A stretch of 63,329 bases of DNA, counting the filler, from Nemertoderma westbladi (taxonomy: Eukaryota > Animalia > Xenacoelomorpha), in NCBI GenBank assembly GCA_032718475.1. It is 4 parts of 4 records of this genome, joined end to end, with 100 filler letters (N's around TTAATTAATTAA, not from the genome) between each part and the next. Parts side by side here need not be neighbours in the genome. Positions count along the whole stretch, not along the records: positions 1 to 17,688 come from JAUCBJ010005736.1; positions 17,789 to 32,198 come from JAUCBJ010003115.1; 2 more parts are not named here. The stretch is one strand, 5' to 3'. Numbering within the stretch: position 1 is the stretch's first letter; the number at the start of each line of letters is the position of its first letter. This document shows positions 11,673-24,581 of the stretch, piece by piece. The notes under the pieces were generated by a model. The model did not search any database and had not been told where the DNA came from. It worked only from the letters and a program-made list of their open reading frames with translations. The position numbers and the translations under genes were made by a program.

Positions 11673-12789
11673 TGGTGCAATGTAAATTTTGTCATATCAA
11701 ACCATGTACTGATGTAGGCAGACAATCAAACCGGTATGGTCTGATGGTAGGCCTAATACAGTAATACCTGAATACAGTAATACAGTAATACTCTATCTAT
11801 ACACTGATACAGCTCGCCCGTACTGCCATATGTTTAAAGGTTGAAGGTTGGGCCTATTTCAGTATTTTGTTTAATGTTGATAAGGCAAGAAAGCACACCT
11901 GTAGTGATAATCATTGTAATAACTATTTCTGTATTTATTCCAAAATTGTAACATATTACTCAACGCCGTTAGTATTACAGGGAGTTGTTATTTAGCACTT
12001 TACAATTACAACTTTAGAGGACATTACAGCATTGTATTGGCCTGTACATTTAGTATTGTATTTTGGTGATATTGTGTACGTGACGACCTATATGGAATAT
12101 TGACGAAAAGCGCGCCACACGGATTCTGGTTAAACGAAAAGCGCGCCATCCATGACATTCAATGCGCGCCGACCATTGAAAGATTGACCATTAAATTTTG
12201 CAATTATTGTAATAATTTATCAGTTTATTCTGCAGTACCTACGCTACAGACATAGAGCTAGACCCACCCCTACAGTATATCTTAACATGAAAACAAGAAA
12301 ATTTTGCAGAAATGTAAACATGAATAGGCGTACAGTATAATACTGTAATATTCAGATAGTAGGTCAACCGACTGTTTTTAAATACAGATGTAATTAAATT
12401 GCGAGCGTAGCGAGCAAGAAAATTGTAACATTTTTGGGTCAACCGACTATTTTTTACCTACAGATGTGATTATGAATTACATCGGAGTGTAGCGAGCACG
12501 GAAAATTTGCTGAATCCCTGAATCGTGGTTTTAGGCTATATTGGTGTGAACAATTGAAAAACCTTTCAAACAACTCATATTTTGAAAGACATTAAAACTT
12601 TGGCCTGATTGGCCATGATGATTAACGTGGATTGGATACGGTACCTTCAATGCTCTCAATCTGTCGGTTTATCCATAATGTGGGAGTGCAAAACAGTTCA
12701 AGGCACGGAAATACTTCTATAGGTTAATAAACAAATAGGCCTACTGTAATAAAATATCACTGTAATCAAATATCCCTATAGCTGACAAG

Positions 12790-15700
12790 CTATAGCCTGA
12801 CAAGCTCCTTTACTGATGGTATGCTGTCCGGGAACGGGAAGTTTAGTGTTTATCGCAACGATCGTGTTTTAAGGGCAGGCGGTGTCGCAATCCTTATCCG
12901 TGACTGCGCCCTGGGAGCACCTATCCATCGAATTGAACTTTCTGGTGAAAAATTCGAAGGTCTGGAGATCGTCGCCCTCGATCTCGTAGGTCAGCATCCT
13001 TGCCGTTTGATTTGCGTTTATCGAACCCCTTCCTCGTCAAACGATGATGATCGCCGGTTATGTCTGGGTTTATCAGATTTATGCAATGTGGACTTTCCTG
13101 TAACAGTTTTTGGTGACTTTAATTTACCTCTTTTTAACTGGTCTGATGGATCTGGTCTGGTCTGATAATAGTCTATATAATACTTTTTCTAATTTTATTT
13201 TAGAAAATGGCCTTGAACAACTCCAATTTAAACCAACTCGTTTAAATAGTGTGTTAGATCTTGTTTTCACTTCTGAGGATATGTTCGTATCTGATGTTGA
13301 TACTCGCGAAAATTTTTCGACTAGTGATCATTCAGGAATTATTTTTAGTATCGTTTCTCCTAAACAGTATGTTCAAAATGATGATGCCGGTTTTTATAAT
13401 TTTAAGAAAGGCGACTATTATAAGTTTTGGTGCATACTTAGATAATTATAACTGGTCCGATGTATATAACAATTGTGAATCTGTGGATGATTATTGGTTG
13501 GCATTTGCCGAAATTTTGAAATCCGGTATCGAAAAATTTGTACCTTTCACTAAAATTTCAAGTAATAAATCACATCCGCGCTTTATAACGAAATTACAAA
13601 AGCGAAAGAAATTGTTATGGCGTCGTCGCCACACAGAAAACGGCCAAGAGGAGTATAAGAAATGTGCCAAGGCCGTTTCTAAAGGCATCTTTAGAGTGGC
13701 TTGTGCACGTGAAAACAAAATATTAACATCTGGCAAGCCTAACGATATTTTTAATTATGTTAAAGCAAACGTAAAGTCAGATCGGGTATATCTGCGTTTA
13801 AAATGAATGGCAAAGTAATAATTGATGACACTACTAAAGCACATATATTTTCTGAAGTTTTTTCTGAGAATTTTACAAAGGATAATGAATCAATGCCTAT
13901 TTTTAACCGTAGAGTAGCTAATGGTGTACACATTTCCACTGTAGATTTTTCCCCTGGTGCTGTTTATTCTGTACTTAAGAATATTAAGGCTAAATGTGGA
14001 AAAACTCCAGATGGTTTTCCCAGTTTTATTTTTGCGAAACTACCTAAATGTTTATCTGTTCCGTTGTCTATTTTATTTAAAGTATCATTTGAATCTCACG
14101 CTTTACCCTCTATATGGCTCACTGCTAACATTATCCCCCTCTTTAAGAAGGGCAGCCACACTAATCCCTATAATTACCGCCCCATTTCGCTTACATGTGT
14201 AACATGTAAAATAATGGAGTTATGTATCAAAAATGATGTATTTTTGTACTTACGGTTGCATAATATTATTAGTAAGTCGCAACATGGATTTATGAAACGT
14301 CGCAGTACTTGTACTCAATTGCTTGACAGTACTAATAAATGGTTTAAGCTGCTCGACAGTCGCAGCTCTATAGACGTTATATACATAGATTTCGCCAAGG
14401 CGTTTGATTCTGTCGTTCACTGTAAACTTTTGGCTAAACTTGCTAGCTACGGTATCTCGGGTCACTTGTTATTGTTGATTGGTGCTTTTCTATGTAATCG
14501 TACCCAACAAGTCTTGGTTGGTAATACTATTTCTGTCGTAAGCAAAGTTATATCAGGTACAATTCATGGAAGCGTTTTAGGGCCATTATTATTTTTACTC
14601 TATGTTAATGATTTACCTGATATTATAGGTACCGGCACCTGTTGTAATTTATTCGCTGACGATCTCAAGTTGTACAGCAAATCATCAGACATCCATTCAT
14701 TGGCAGAAGCTCTCAAATCACTAGAGACTTGGGCAAATGAGTGGCAGGTCAAGAAGGCTGCACACAAATGTTCAGTAGTTCATTTAACTACAACTTGTAT
14801 AAAGGTGTCACCTGTGCAATACTTTCTTAATGGTAACCTTATAAAAAATGATGACTTTTGTAGAGATCTTGGTGTAATTGTGAATCACGATTTGAAATTT
14901 GATCTTCACTACCGTGAACAAGTAAAGAAGGCGTATAGAGTAGTGAATATTTTATTTAAGTGTGTTTATACCGGTAACCTGAAAGCCATTTGTACAGCGT
15001 ATAAGTCATATGCCAGACCATTACTAGAATATTGTACTGCTGTTTGCTCTCCATTTACGTTAGGTAGTATTGATTTAATCGAACGGGTTCAGCGTTACTT
15101 CACCCGGCGTCTTTTTAAGCGCTGTAACCTCGGCAGCCGTAGTTACATGGAGAGAATTAATTTTCTTAAGCTACAACCTCTAGAAGTACGTAGGCATATT
15201 TATGATTTAAAAATGATGTATAGTATTTTTAATAATGATGTTGGTCTAAATTTTAATGACTTTTTCACTTTAAGTACCAATATTAGAAATAGAGGCCATA
15301 ACCGTAAGCTTTTCAAATCGTTTTGCCGTCTACAAATTGTAAAAAACTCTTTTTCAAACAGAACTGTAGATATTTGGAATTCCTTACCCGAAGAAATTGT
15401 CAATTCTGCAAATGTAAATATTTTTACTGATAAATTGAAAAATGTTGATCTATTGCCATATTGTCATTTTAACAGATATTTAAATTAACCACATATATTT
15501 TTTATTTGTTTTTATTTATATTTAATCTACCAAATAGTTTTTAATATTTTTGTCATTTTTATAAAAAGGATCAATGGCTTTCGAAACAAATTATGTTTTT
15601 TTACTTGATGATATAATCTCTGTTTACTTGGTTTTATTTCGTTCGTCATTCTTGTAGTTTTATTGTTGTTGTTTGTATTTTAGCGTTTATCCCTCTATTC

Positions 15701-15870
15701 TGTTGCCTTTGCCCTTCTACTTAAAAATGTGTATTTTATCCACCTGTAAGTGTAATTTTATATATCTAATTATAACTTCTAATTAGGTATTTGTACCTAG
15801 GTGGTGTTCCCCCTGTTTATATTTTATTCTTTAAAATTAAACTGAGTGTCTTAAATAAATAAATAAATAA
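12790..15870 (+). mobile_element. 5'-truncated CR1-group LINE (APE + RT ORF2, 3' UTR, (TAAA)n tail)
   Basis: APE motifs YRNDR..GGVAI, VYRTP, GDFN, LDLVF, SDH across frameshifted ORFs; RT 13803-15488 with YRPISL, DFAKAFD, GSVLGPLLF, FADD; tail at 15853-15870. Confidence 0.93.
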
Positions 15871-15877
15871 GGTAAAA

Positions 15878-16525
15878 CGAACTTAGATCCTGCAAGGCCT
15901 GACTTTGATGAACTTAGATCTTTCCGAACTTAGATACTATCTGGGTGAACTTAGATCTTAACTAGGTGAACTTAGATCCTATATGGGTGAACTTAGATCT
16001 TAACTAGGTGAACTTACTGTAGATCCTACCTAGGTGAACCTAGATCCTACATATGTGAACTTAGATCCTAACTAGGTGAACTTAGATCCTAACTAGGTGA
16101 ACTTAGATACTAACTAGGTGAACTTAATCCTACTACTACTACTAGGATCGGCATGCTGCATTGCAGCTGCATTTTTAAGAATGCTGTGCCGGCTTGTCAA
16201 CAAAATTGCACCGCCACAACTCCCTATCACCCATGACATTTGCTAGATCATCCGCATCTTTAAGGCCTTTAATCCTAACTAGGTGAACTTAGATCCTAAA
16301 TAGGTGAACTTAGATCCTATATGGGTGAACTTAGATCTTAACTAGGTGAACTTCTGTAGATCCTACCTAGGTGAACTTAGATCCTACCTAGGTTAACTTA
16401 GATCCTAACTAGGTGAACTTATATCCTAACTAGGTGAACTTAGATCCTAACTAGGTGAACTTAGATCCTAACTAGGTGAACTTAGATCCTAACTAGTTGA
16501 ACTTAGATCCTAACTAGGTGAACTA
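15878..16525. repeat. 21-bp minisatellite (gaacttagatcctaactaggt)n
   Basis: Direct tandem repeat interrupted by an RTE tail. Confidence 0.95.
16131..16268 (-). mobile_element. ~140-bp 5'-truncated RTE family B insertion
   Basis: Reverse complement of about 64-209; flanked by the duplicated target ttaatccta. Confidence 0.85.
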
Positions 16526-16548
16526 ATTATTAATTAATTTTTATTAAT

Positions 16549-17688
16549 TACTACTACTACTAGGTCGAGCGAACTCGGACAGTGGAAATGAGATCCTTCC
16601 AGGCTTCCCGATTCTCCATAATTGTCGCAATTTCGTTTCTCCCAAGTTCAGTATCCCTTTCAAGTTGATCTATATATGTTATGGCAGGTCGTCCACGACT
16701 ACGCTTTCCATGAGTTGGTTGCCAGAGAAGTAGATCTGGTATGACCTCGTCTTTACTTCGCCAGCAGTGCCCACTGAATCTTAATCTGCGTTCACGGAGG
16801 GTGGTTGATACAGGTGGTATTGTACCATAAAGCTCGGCGTTTGTCATGTGTTGTCTCCAGCTGATGTTTAGGGCTGCCCTTAGTAGTCTTGTGTAGCAAC
16901 CATCAATTCGTTGTTCAAGTGATTTAGTCAGTGTCCAGGTCTCACCCCCGTATAAAAATACACTTTCCACTGTGGCTCGAAAGAACTTGGTCTTCAGGTG
17001 CCTGGAGAGATCTGATTTCCAGATGGTATCCATTTTTGATAGAGCTACCCAAGCCTTTGCTTTCCTAACTTCTATGTCCTTTTTGCTACTCTCTATCCAT
17101 GATCCAAGGTACTGGAAGTCATCGACCTGCCTTAGTTGATTATTATCAATGGTTGTCAAGTTTCCATCAACATTAAAGGTCATGAATTCGGTCTTGGTAG
17201 CATTTATATGCAATCCAACCTCCTTAGCAGCCCTCTCCACTTTATTTAGTAGAAGCTGTGCATCTGCTAGCGTATTAGAGAGCAGGGCGATGTCATCCGC
17301 AAAGTCGGTGTCTGTGACTGTAGTTGCCGGATATCTACTACTTCTGCGTTCTTGAAGTGTGAATCCCAGATCTTCACCCTTTGTGGCCGTCCTCATTGCG
17401 TAATCCAGCACAATTACAAATAGTAATGGTGCTAATGTGTCACCTTGCAGTACGCCAGCCAGGATTGAGAAAAACTCAGTTTCACCATCTGGTGAGAGTA
17501 CCTGCGCTTCTGTGTCACAATATAGCAATCCAATGCCAGCAACAATTACTTCTGGTATTCCATAAGCTCTTAGGATTTCAAGCATTTTACCTCTATGGAT
17601 GGAGTCGAATGCCTTCTTGAAGTCCACAAAAGTCATGACTGAGGGGAGATTCTTTGACTTGATTCCTTCAATCAGTCTCCATAGTGCA
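16549..17688 (-). mobile_element. RTE-clade LINE (family A), RT and 3' end, cut by an assembly gap
   Basis: Uninterrupted ORF: FVDFKKAFD, GVLQGDTLAP, FADD, YLGS, LYGGETW, RRLRFSGH, GKRSRGRP; the TAG stop runs into a (TAG)n tail. Confidence 0.93.
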
Positions 17689-17788
17689 NNNNNNNNNNNN
17701 NNNNNNNNNNNNNNNNNNNNNNNNNNNNNNNNTTAATTAATTAANNNNNNNNNNNNNNNNNNNNNNNNNNNNNNNNNNNNNNNNNNNN
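17689..17788. other. Assembly gap with TTAATTAATTAA spacer (same at 32199-32298 and 53906-54005)
   Basis: Identical N-run/stop-linker/N-run structure occurs three times. Confidence 0.98.
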
Positions 17789-18111
17789 CAGCAGTATACC
17801 AGCAGTAGTATATCTAAAAACTACGCCGCCGCGCAGCAGTTTGAAGTCGCATAGAATGCATAGGAAATTTATTAAAGTTCTATTATTGAGATCAGCAGTA
17901 GAACCAGTACTCCTTTATGGGGCTCCATGCTGGGCCTTAACTAACTGGCTCTAACTCTAGTTCCCTATATGAAGTACTGTACAATGCACCCAACTTCGAC
18001 CAGACCTTGTACAGTTCGTAATGGAGGTGTCTCATTGGCATTGATCCCCACAAGCATTTTTTTGGCTTTTCTGTGAGAAATGTTTTATTGAAAATTTATT
18101 GAAAAATTGAA

Positions 18112-19370
18112 TTAAATATTACCATATTCTAGATCAAAATAGTGAGCTTTGAGACGTGTTTTGAATTTCAGATTAGACCGACAGGCATACAGACCGACAG
18201 ACCAACACGCCTCAGATCGACAGTCATACAAACCGACAGGCATACAGACCAGACTGACATGCATACAGACCGACAGGAATACAGACTGACAGGAATACCG
18301 ACCGACCGACCGACATACATACACACCGTCAGGCATACAGACCGACAGGCCTACAGACCGACAGGCATACAGACATAGTCATACAAACCGATAGGCATAC
18401 AGACATACAGGAATACCGACAGACAGCCTTACAGACCGACAGTCATACAATCCGACACGCATAAAGACCGACAGGCATACAGACCGACAGGCATTCAGAC
18501 CGACAGGAATACAGACCGACAGGCATACAGATCGACAGGCATACAGACGGACAGGCATACAGACTGACAGACATACATAGGCATAGAAAAAATATGAAAT
18601 TCAATTTGAAAGCAATTTGGCATTCTCATCAACGTGTTTGTTGAACTTCATGTTTTCATCAAAGAGAACTCCCAATGACTTGACGGTGTCAACGAATTTA
18701 ACTTTGTTGCCATCATAATGCAATTCAGTAACATCATATACCTTTTTCGCTTTATCAGTTTGTTGTTTTGTTCCATAAAGTATCACTTGAGTCTTGTCAG
18801 CGTTTAACTGAAGATGATGCGTTTGTTCCATAATAATATATTATACAGTACGGTGACTAACTGTTCACGAATAAGATCTATTTCAGTCACATTACCAGTA
18901 ATATATACCGTTGAATCATCAGCGTAGTTGAAAAACGAACAATTTAAATGGTGAGGACAGAAATAAACCAACCAAATAAACGTTGAAAAGACAGCTGAGG
19001 TACACCTGTATCAACCTCCATTGGATCTGGCTGTTCACAATCGATTACAACTCGCTGGTCTCTATTACTCAAATAAGATTCAAATAACTTCCATGCACGT
19101 CCTCTACATCCAAAAACGAGTTCCATCCAATTTCACCAATAAACGCGTATGGTTCACGGTATCGAACGCAGCGCTCAAATCTAAGTTAGCCGCAAGGGTC
19201 ACCTCTTGTTTATCCATAGCTGAAAGCACCTCATTATGAAATGCAAAGTGACAGTTTCGGTAGAATAGTTTCGTCGGTATCCTGATTGTTTTACATGAAA
19301 CTGTAGCTGAGATGATGCCTGAATAACAATTATCTTCTCTATCAATTTTGAGACAAAACTCAAATGCACT
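18112..19370 (-). pseudogene. Degraded L2-like RT fragments interrupted by a simple repeat
   Basis: DLSAAFDTVNH, SYLSNRDQRV, GVPQ, YADD, LQLNADKTQVI, VKSLGVLFD and C-terminal FKTRLKAHYF. Confidence 0.75.
18175..18585. repeat. 16-bp unit repeat (agaccgacaggcatac)n
   Basis: Degenerate tandem array. Confidence 0.9.
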
Positions 19371-19768
19371 CCCACGTCTGTGCTATTGTTGAACTTCTAC
19401 AATTAAGCAGGAGGTTAACATTTTGTTAGACTTGAATAGATCATAATTTTTTAGTTTTATATTAATTTCAACATTAATAACAGAACTGTGCTTCTAATTT
19501 GCCCTTTCATCCGAAAACGAATGCACTTGGAACATAAATTTGACTCCAAAGTAAATAGACCCACCTTGAGTGGTCTGTTTAGGTCACCAAAGCGACTACA
19601 AAGCAAATGAGCTAATTATCAAAATTCCATACGCCGTTTATTCCAGTTATATTTCAGTTCTAGTTTATTTTTTCATGAATAATAAAGTGGGGTGTTGTGA
19701 CTCAAACTCATCTTAAATATTTATAGTTTATTATTGGTTTAATGGATGAATGAGTGGTTTCATATTAC

Positions 19769-21120
19769 TATAACACTTTGTTGGGAACAGCTTCTACAAA
19801 GTCGGCAATGACGTCCAGGTGGGATCGAACTGGTGACCTCCAAGTTGGAAATCTGACTATCTAACCATTCAGCTAGTGACTTAGGAGTACTCTCAGAATC
19901 ACTAGAGGGAGCCCAACGGCTCCTCAGCTCATTAGAACATGCTGCTTCTAGTGTTGGTCTTTTTATTAACTCCAGAAAGACCAAAATTTTGACAGTTAAC
20001 TTTGAAAGTCCTCAGCAAGTCTCTGATCGGATGAGCATAAGCTCAAAGGATGGTATGCTTGAGCATGTGGATGACTTGGACTTCCGTTACCTGGGATAAT
20101 GGATCCGGAAGTCAGGCGAGGACCTTCGAATACGTAAGGGAAAGGCATGGGCAGCCTTGAATAGGCTTTCCAGGATTTGGAAGTCACCGAGAATTAATCG
20201 GAAACTTAAGGTCCGATTATTTAGAGCAGCAATAGTTCCAGTACTCCTCTATGGGAGTCCATGCTGGGCTCTAACTGCTGAGGACACCAAATCTCTGGAT
20301 GGCACATTCACAAGAATGCTACGCCGGGTTCATTGTGTCAAGTACAATGCACGCACACATCCCCAAGCAGACACTATATAACATTGGAGGTGTCTCATTG
20401 GTTCCCCCAAGCTTGACACTAGAAGAAAATCGCCTCCGCGTTGCAGGACATTGCTTTCGCCGTGAGGACCAGCCAGTGCATAACCTTGCACATTGGCAGC
20501 CTCATGGAGTGAATAAGCATGGTGGACAGCCCATGACTTTCTAGAGACGCATCTTAAAGGACACTGGCCTTGAAGATGCGGATGATCTAGCAAATGTCAT
20601 GGGTGATAAGGAGTTGTGGCGGCGCAATTTTGTCGACAAGCCGGCACAGCATTCTTAAAAATGCAGCTGCAATGAAGAATGCCGATCCTAGTAGTAGTGG
20701 CTCAGGTACAAGGTAGACCTGGAAATACCATCTGATACCTTCTACGTCCGCAATATACATATAATAATATTGACATAATATTTACATAGCTAGAGTGTAC
20801 AATTAGAATTAATCATTGTGGCCGTGAGGGTTCATGGTTAATTATACACTACCCTTTCATTGTAGCGAGTGGTTAAAGACGGCCAAGTACGGTAGGGTTG
20901 AGCACAGTGGCAGCATATGATGGTATTGATAGTTGGGAGGCCATGACGAGGTAAATTGCGGACATACAAGGTATCAGATAGTATTTCCAGGTCTATCTTT
21001 TACCTTAGCCGCTAGCTGAATGGTTAGAGCGTCAGATTCCCAACTCGGGGGTCACCAGTTCGATCCCACCTGGACGTCATTGCCGACTTTGCAAAAGCTG
21101 TTCCCAACAAAATGTTATAA
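19769..21120. mobile_element. Foldback/MITE-like element whose ~170-bp arms contain a tRNA-like sequence; left arm split by an RTE insertion
   Basis: 19769-19878 plus 20700-20758 is the reverse complement of 20951-21120; arms carry A-box TAGCTGAATGG and B-box GTTCGATCC. Confidence 0.7.
19879..20694 (+). mobile_element. 5'-truncated RTE family B copy, frameshifted
   Basis: AQRLLSSLEHAASSVGLFINSRKTK, FRYLG, LLYGSPCW, RLRVAGHCFR; (TAG)n tail; short TSD tagtg. Confidence 0.88.
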
Positions 21121-22380
21121 TCTTAAATATCGGCCGCCACATATTCGTGATGGCACTCCATCAAATTGTTTCTCCTAAATGCAAGTTCATGAGACAGTGA
21201 AATCACAATGTAACGGTGAGTTACTTACAGAACGCTGTTATTATTGAAATCTTTTTGGTTTGTTCAGAAAGCCTTCATACTAAGACTAAGAACTCGGAAA
21301 CAACCCACCCTCAGAATATACCAATTAAAAGAACGATTGATTATGTAATAAGGATATGTTGAAGGATATTAAATAACAAATAAACATGATATTGATACAC
21401 ACAACACACGAACAAACAATTAATAGCATAGCGGTAATAATGGAATCAAATCTAGGATGTAAAACTGCGACATTTTCATACCAGTACGAATATAGGGTGG
21501 TCCTCTCTCGAGTACTGTTACTAAATTTGAACACAAATAAATCGGGAAATATTTACCGCCCTTAGAAAAAAAAGGTTTGAGTCCATAATTTTCGAAAACA
21601 ATCATCAAGTTTTTCTTTGAGTTTTTAGTTGGACTTAAGAACATATTCCATCATTCGTTGCGTACCGGTTCGGTATGTGCACCACAACATCCCCTTTTAC
21701 TTCCATTAATATATGAACTTATAACCCCCTACCTTTCCCAACAACGTTGATTACAGTTCTTAAAGTTGGCGTATTTTAGGTCTTTTTCTTCTAAGGGCGA
21801 CCGATTTGATGAAATTAAACCAAACAAAGTTTGTACACATTTAATCTAAAATGCAGATACACAGCATAATATAGCAGTAAGTTTGTCATTTAAAGTATTT
21901 GGCTTATCTAAGATCTGAAACATTAAAATAGAAAGTATTTTTTTTGTAAAATATATGTTATTAAATAAACGTTGCTATGTGATATATTGTAAAACTTGGT
22001 CAGGTTAATATTCTTTCCGGCATATAATTCCTGTTGAATTCGATCTTTGTTATACATTTAACGTTTATAGAATAACACATCGCAACATATACTGTTTCCC
22101 ACTACACACAATATACATTATTTATTATTTTCTAAGACATCACATAAAGTAAAGTAGATTTTATAGTAAATACAAAAGTGAAATAAAATGTCGACTGTTG
22201 CCATGCCATATAATGCATATAAATTAAATCTAATTAATAAAATAAAATACACTTTGAATTAATAGTTTAAATGTCGCAGATGGAATGGAACTAAATGGAA
22301 ATTAAAGCTTGTTTTATATATATTTAGTATATAACTACAAATGGAAACTCAACTAAAAAAATAATGAGTATAAAAACGTA

Positions 22381-24238
22381 TACGTGTCCGGGCGGACATT
22401 CGGGGTGTATTAAACGTACCGGACACGTGTTTTTGTTTACTGTGTCCGGGCGGACATTCGGGGTGTATTAAACGTACCGGACACGTGTTTTTGTTTACTG
22501 TGTCCGGGCGGACATTCGGGGTGTATTAAACGTACCGGACACGTGTTTTTGTTTACTGTGTCCGGGCGGACATTCGGGGTGTATTAAACGTACCGGACAC
22601 GTGTTTTTGTTTACTGTGTCCGGGCGGACATTCGGGGTGTATTAAACGTACCGGACACGTGTTTACTGTGTCCGGGCGGACATTCGGGGTGTATTAAACG
22701 TACCGGACACGTGTGTACTGTGTCCGGGCGGACATTCGGGGTGTATTAAACGTACCGGACACGTGTTTACTGTGTCCGGGCGGACATTCGGGGTGTATTA
22801 AACGTACCGGACACGTGTTTACTGTGTCCGGGCGGACATTCGGGGTGTATTAAACGTACCGGACACGTGTTTACTGTGTCCGGGCGGACATTCGGGGTGT
22901 ATTAAACGTACCGGACACGTGTTTTTGTTTACTGCGTCCGGGCGGACATTCGGGGTGTATTAAACGTACCGGACACGTGTTTACTGTGTCCGGGCGGACA
23001 TTCGGGGTGTATTAAACGTACCGGACACGTGTGTACTGTGTCTGGGCGGACATTCGGGGTGTATTAAACGTACCGGACACGTGTTTACTGTGTCCGGGCG
23101 GACATTCGGGGTGTATTAAACGTACCGGACACGTGTTTACTGTGTCCGGGCGGACATTCGGGGTGTATTAAACGTACCGGACACGTGTTTACTGTGTCCG
23201 GGCGGACATTCGGGGTGTATTAAACGTACCGGACACGTGTTTACTGTGTCCGGGCGGACATTCGGGGTGTATTAAACGTACCGGACACGTGTGTACTGTG
23301 TCCGGGCGGACATTCGGGGTGTATTAAACGTACCGGACACGTGTTTACTGTGTCCGGGCGGACATTCGGGGTGTATTAAACGTACCGGACACGTGTTTAC
23401 TGTGTCCGGGCGGACATTCGGGGTGTATTAAACGTACCGGACACGTGTTTACTGTGTCCGGGCGGACATTCGGGGTGTATTAAACGTACCGGACACGTGT
23501 TTACTGTGTCCGGGCCGACATTCGGGGTGTATTAAACGTACCGGACACGTGTTTACTGTGTCCGGACGGACATTCGGGGTGTATTAAACGTACCGGACAC
23601 GTGTTTACTGTGTCCGGGCGGACATTCGGGGTGTATTAAACGTACCGGACACGTGTTTACTGTGTCCGGGCGGACATTCGGGGTGTATTAAACGTACCGG
23701 ACACGTGTTTACTGTGTCCGGGCGGACATTCGGGGTGTATTAAACGTACCGGACACGTGTTTACTGTGTCCGGGCGGACATTCGGGGTGTATTAAACGTA
23801 CCGGACACGTGTTTACTGTGTCCGGGCCGACATTCGGGGTGTATTAAACGTACCGGACACGTGTTTACTGGTTCCGGGCCGACATTCGGGGTGTATTAAA
23901 CGTACCGGACACGTGTTTACTGTGTCCGGGCGGACATTCGGGGTGTATTAAACGTACCGGAAACGTGTTTACTGTGTCCGGGCGGACATTCGGGGTGTAT
24001 TAAACGTAACGGACACGTGTTTACTGTGTCCGAGCGGACATTCGGGGTGTATTAAACGTACCGGACACGTGTGTACTGTGTCCGGGCCGGGCTACAATTC
24101 GGGTGTATTAAATGGGCCGGACACGTGTTTACTGTGTCCGGGCCGGGCGGACATTCGAGGTGTATTAAACGTACCGGACACGTGTTTACTGTGTCCGGGC
24201 CGGGCTGACATTCGGGTGTATTAAACGGGCAGGACACA
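22381..24238. repeat. 52-bp minisatellite (58-bp variants), about 35 copies
   Basis: Unit gtgtccgggcggacattcggggtgtattaaacgtaccggacacgtgtttact; very homogeneous. Confidence 0.97.
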
Positions 24239-24581
24239 TCTTTGTTTACTTGCTTGTGGGCGCTGTGGGGGTCCGCGGCCCGGACTTTTGGGGAAGTTTT
24301 TCAACGGAGTTAAAAAAAGTATTATTAAGAATATATCATCTACTTTTACGCACCACGTTAAAGATGTGGTATTACTACTTCACGCTCGGTTCGGTTGTCG
24401 GTATTATAAATCAACGGAGCGGTATAACTATAAACGGAACGCGTCTGAGCGCCAATAATACCACCTCTATTAGTTTCAGGTTATGAGAACCACCCTATTA
24501 TCGCAAATACTAAGTAAATAAAATGCACAAAGTGGTAAAAAATGTAATAAAATGCGCTACAGTAGGATAACGACTTCTCTG

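Noticed and set aside
17689-17788. TTAATTAATTAA inside N-runs and ORFs crossing the gaps
   Set aside because: Artificial all-frame stop linker inserted by the assembly pipeline.
21008-21080. Possible functional tRNA genes (also 37338-37405, 48113-48190, 48765-48827)
   Set aside because: A/B boxes are present but acceptor or anticodon stems are broken; these are repeat-derived.
22381-24238. CRISPR-like appearance of the tandem arrays (also 43461-45112 and 1411-2108)
   Set aside because: Units are contiguous with no unique spacers, there are no cas genes, and the context is eukaryotic.
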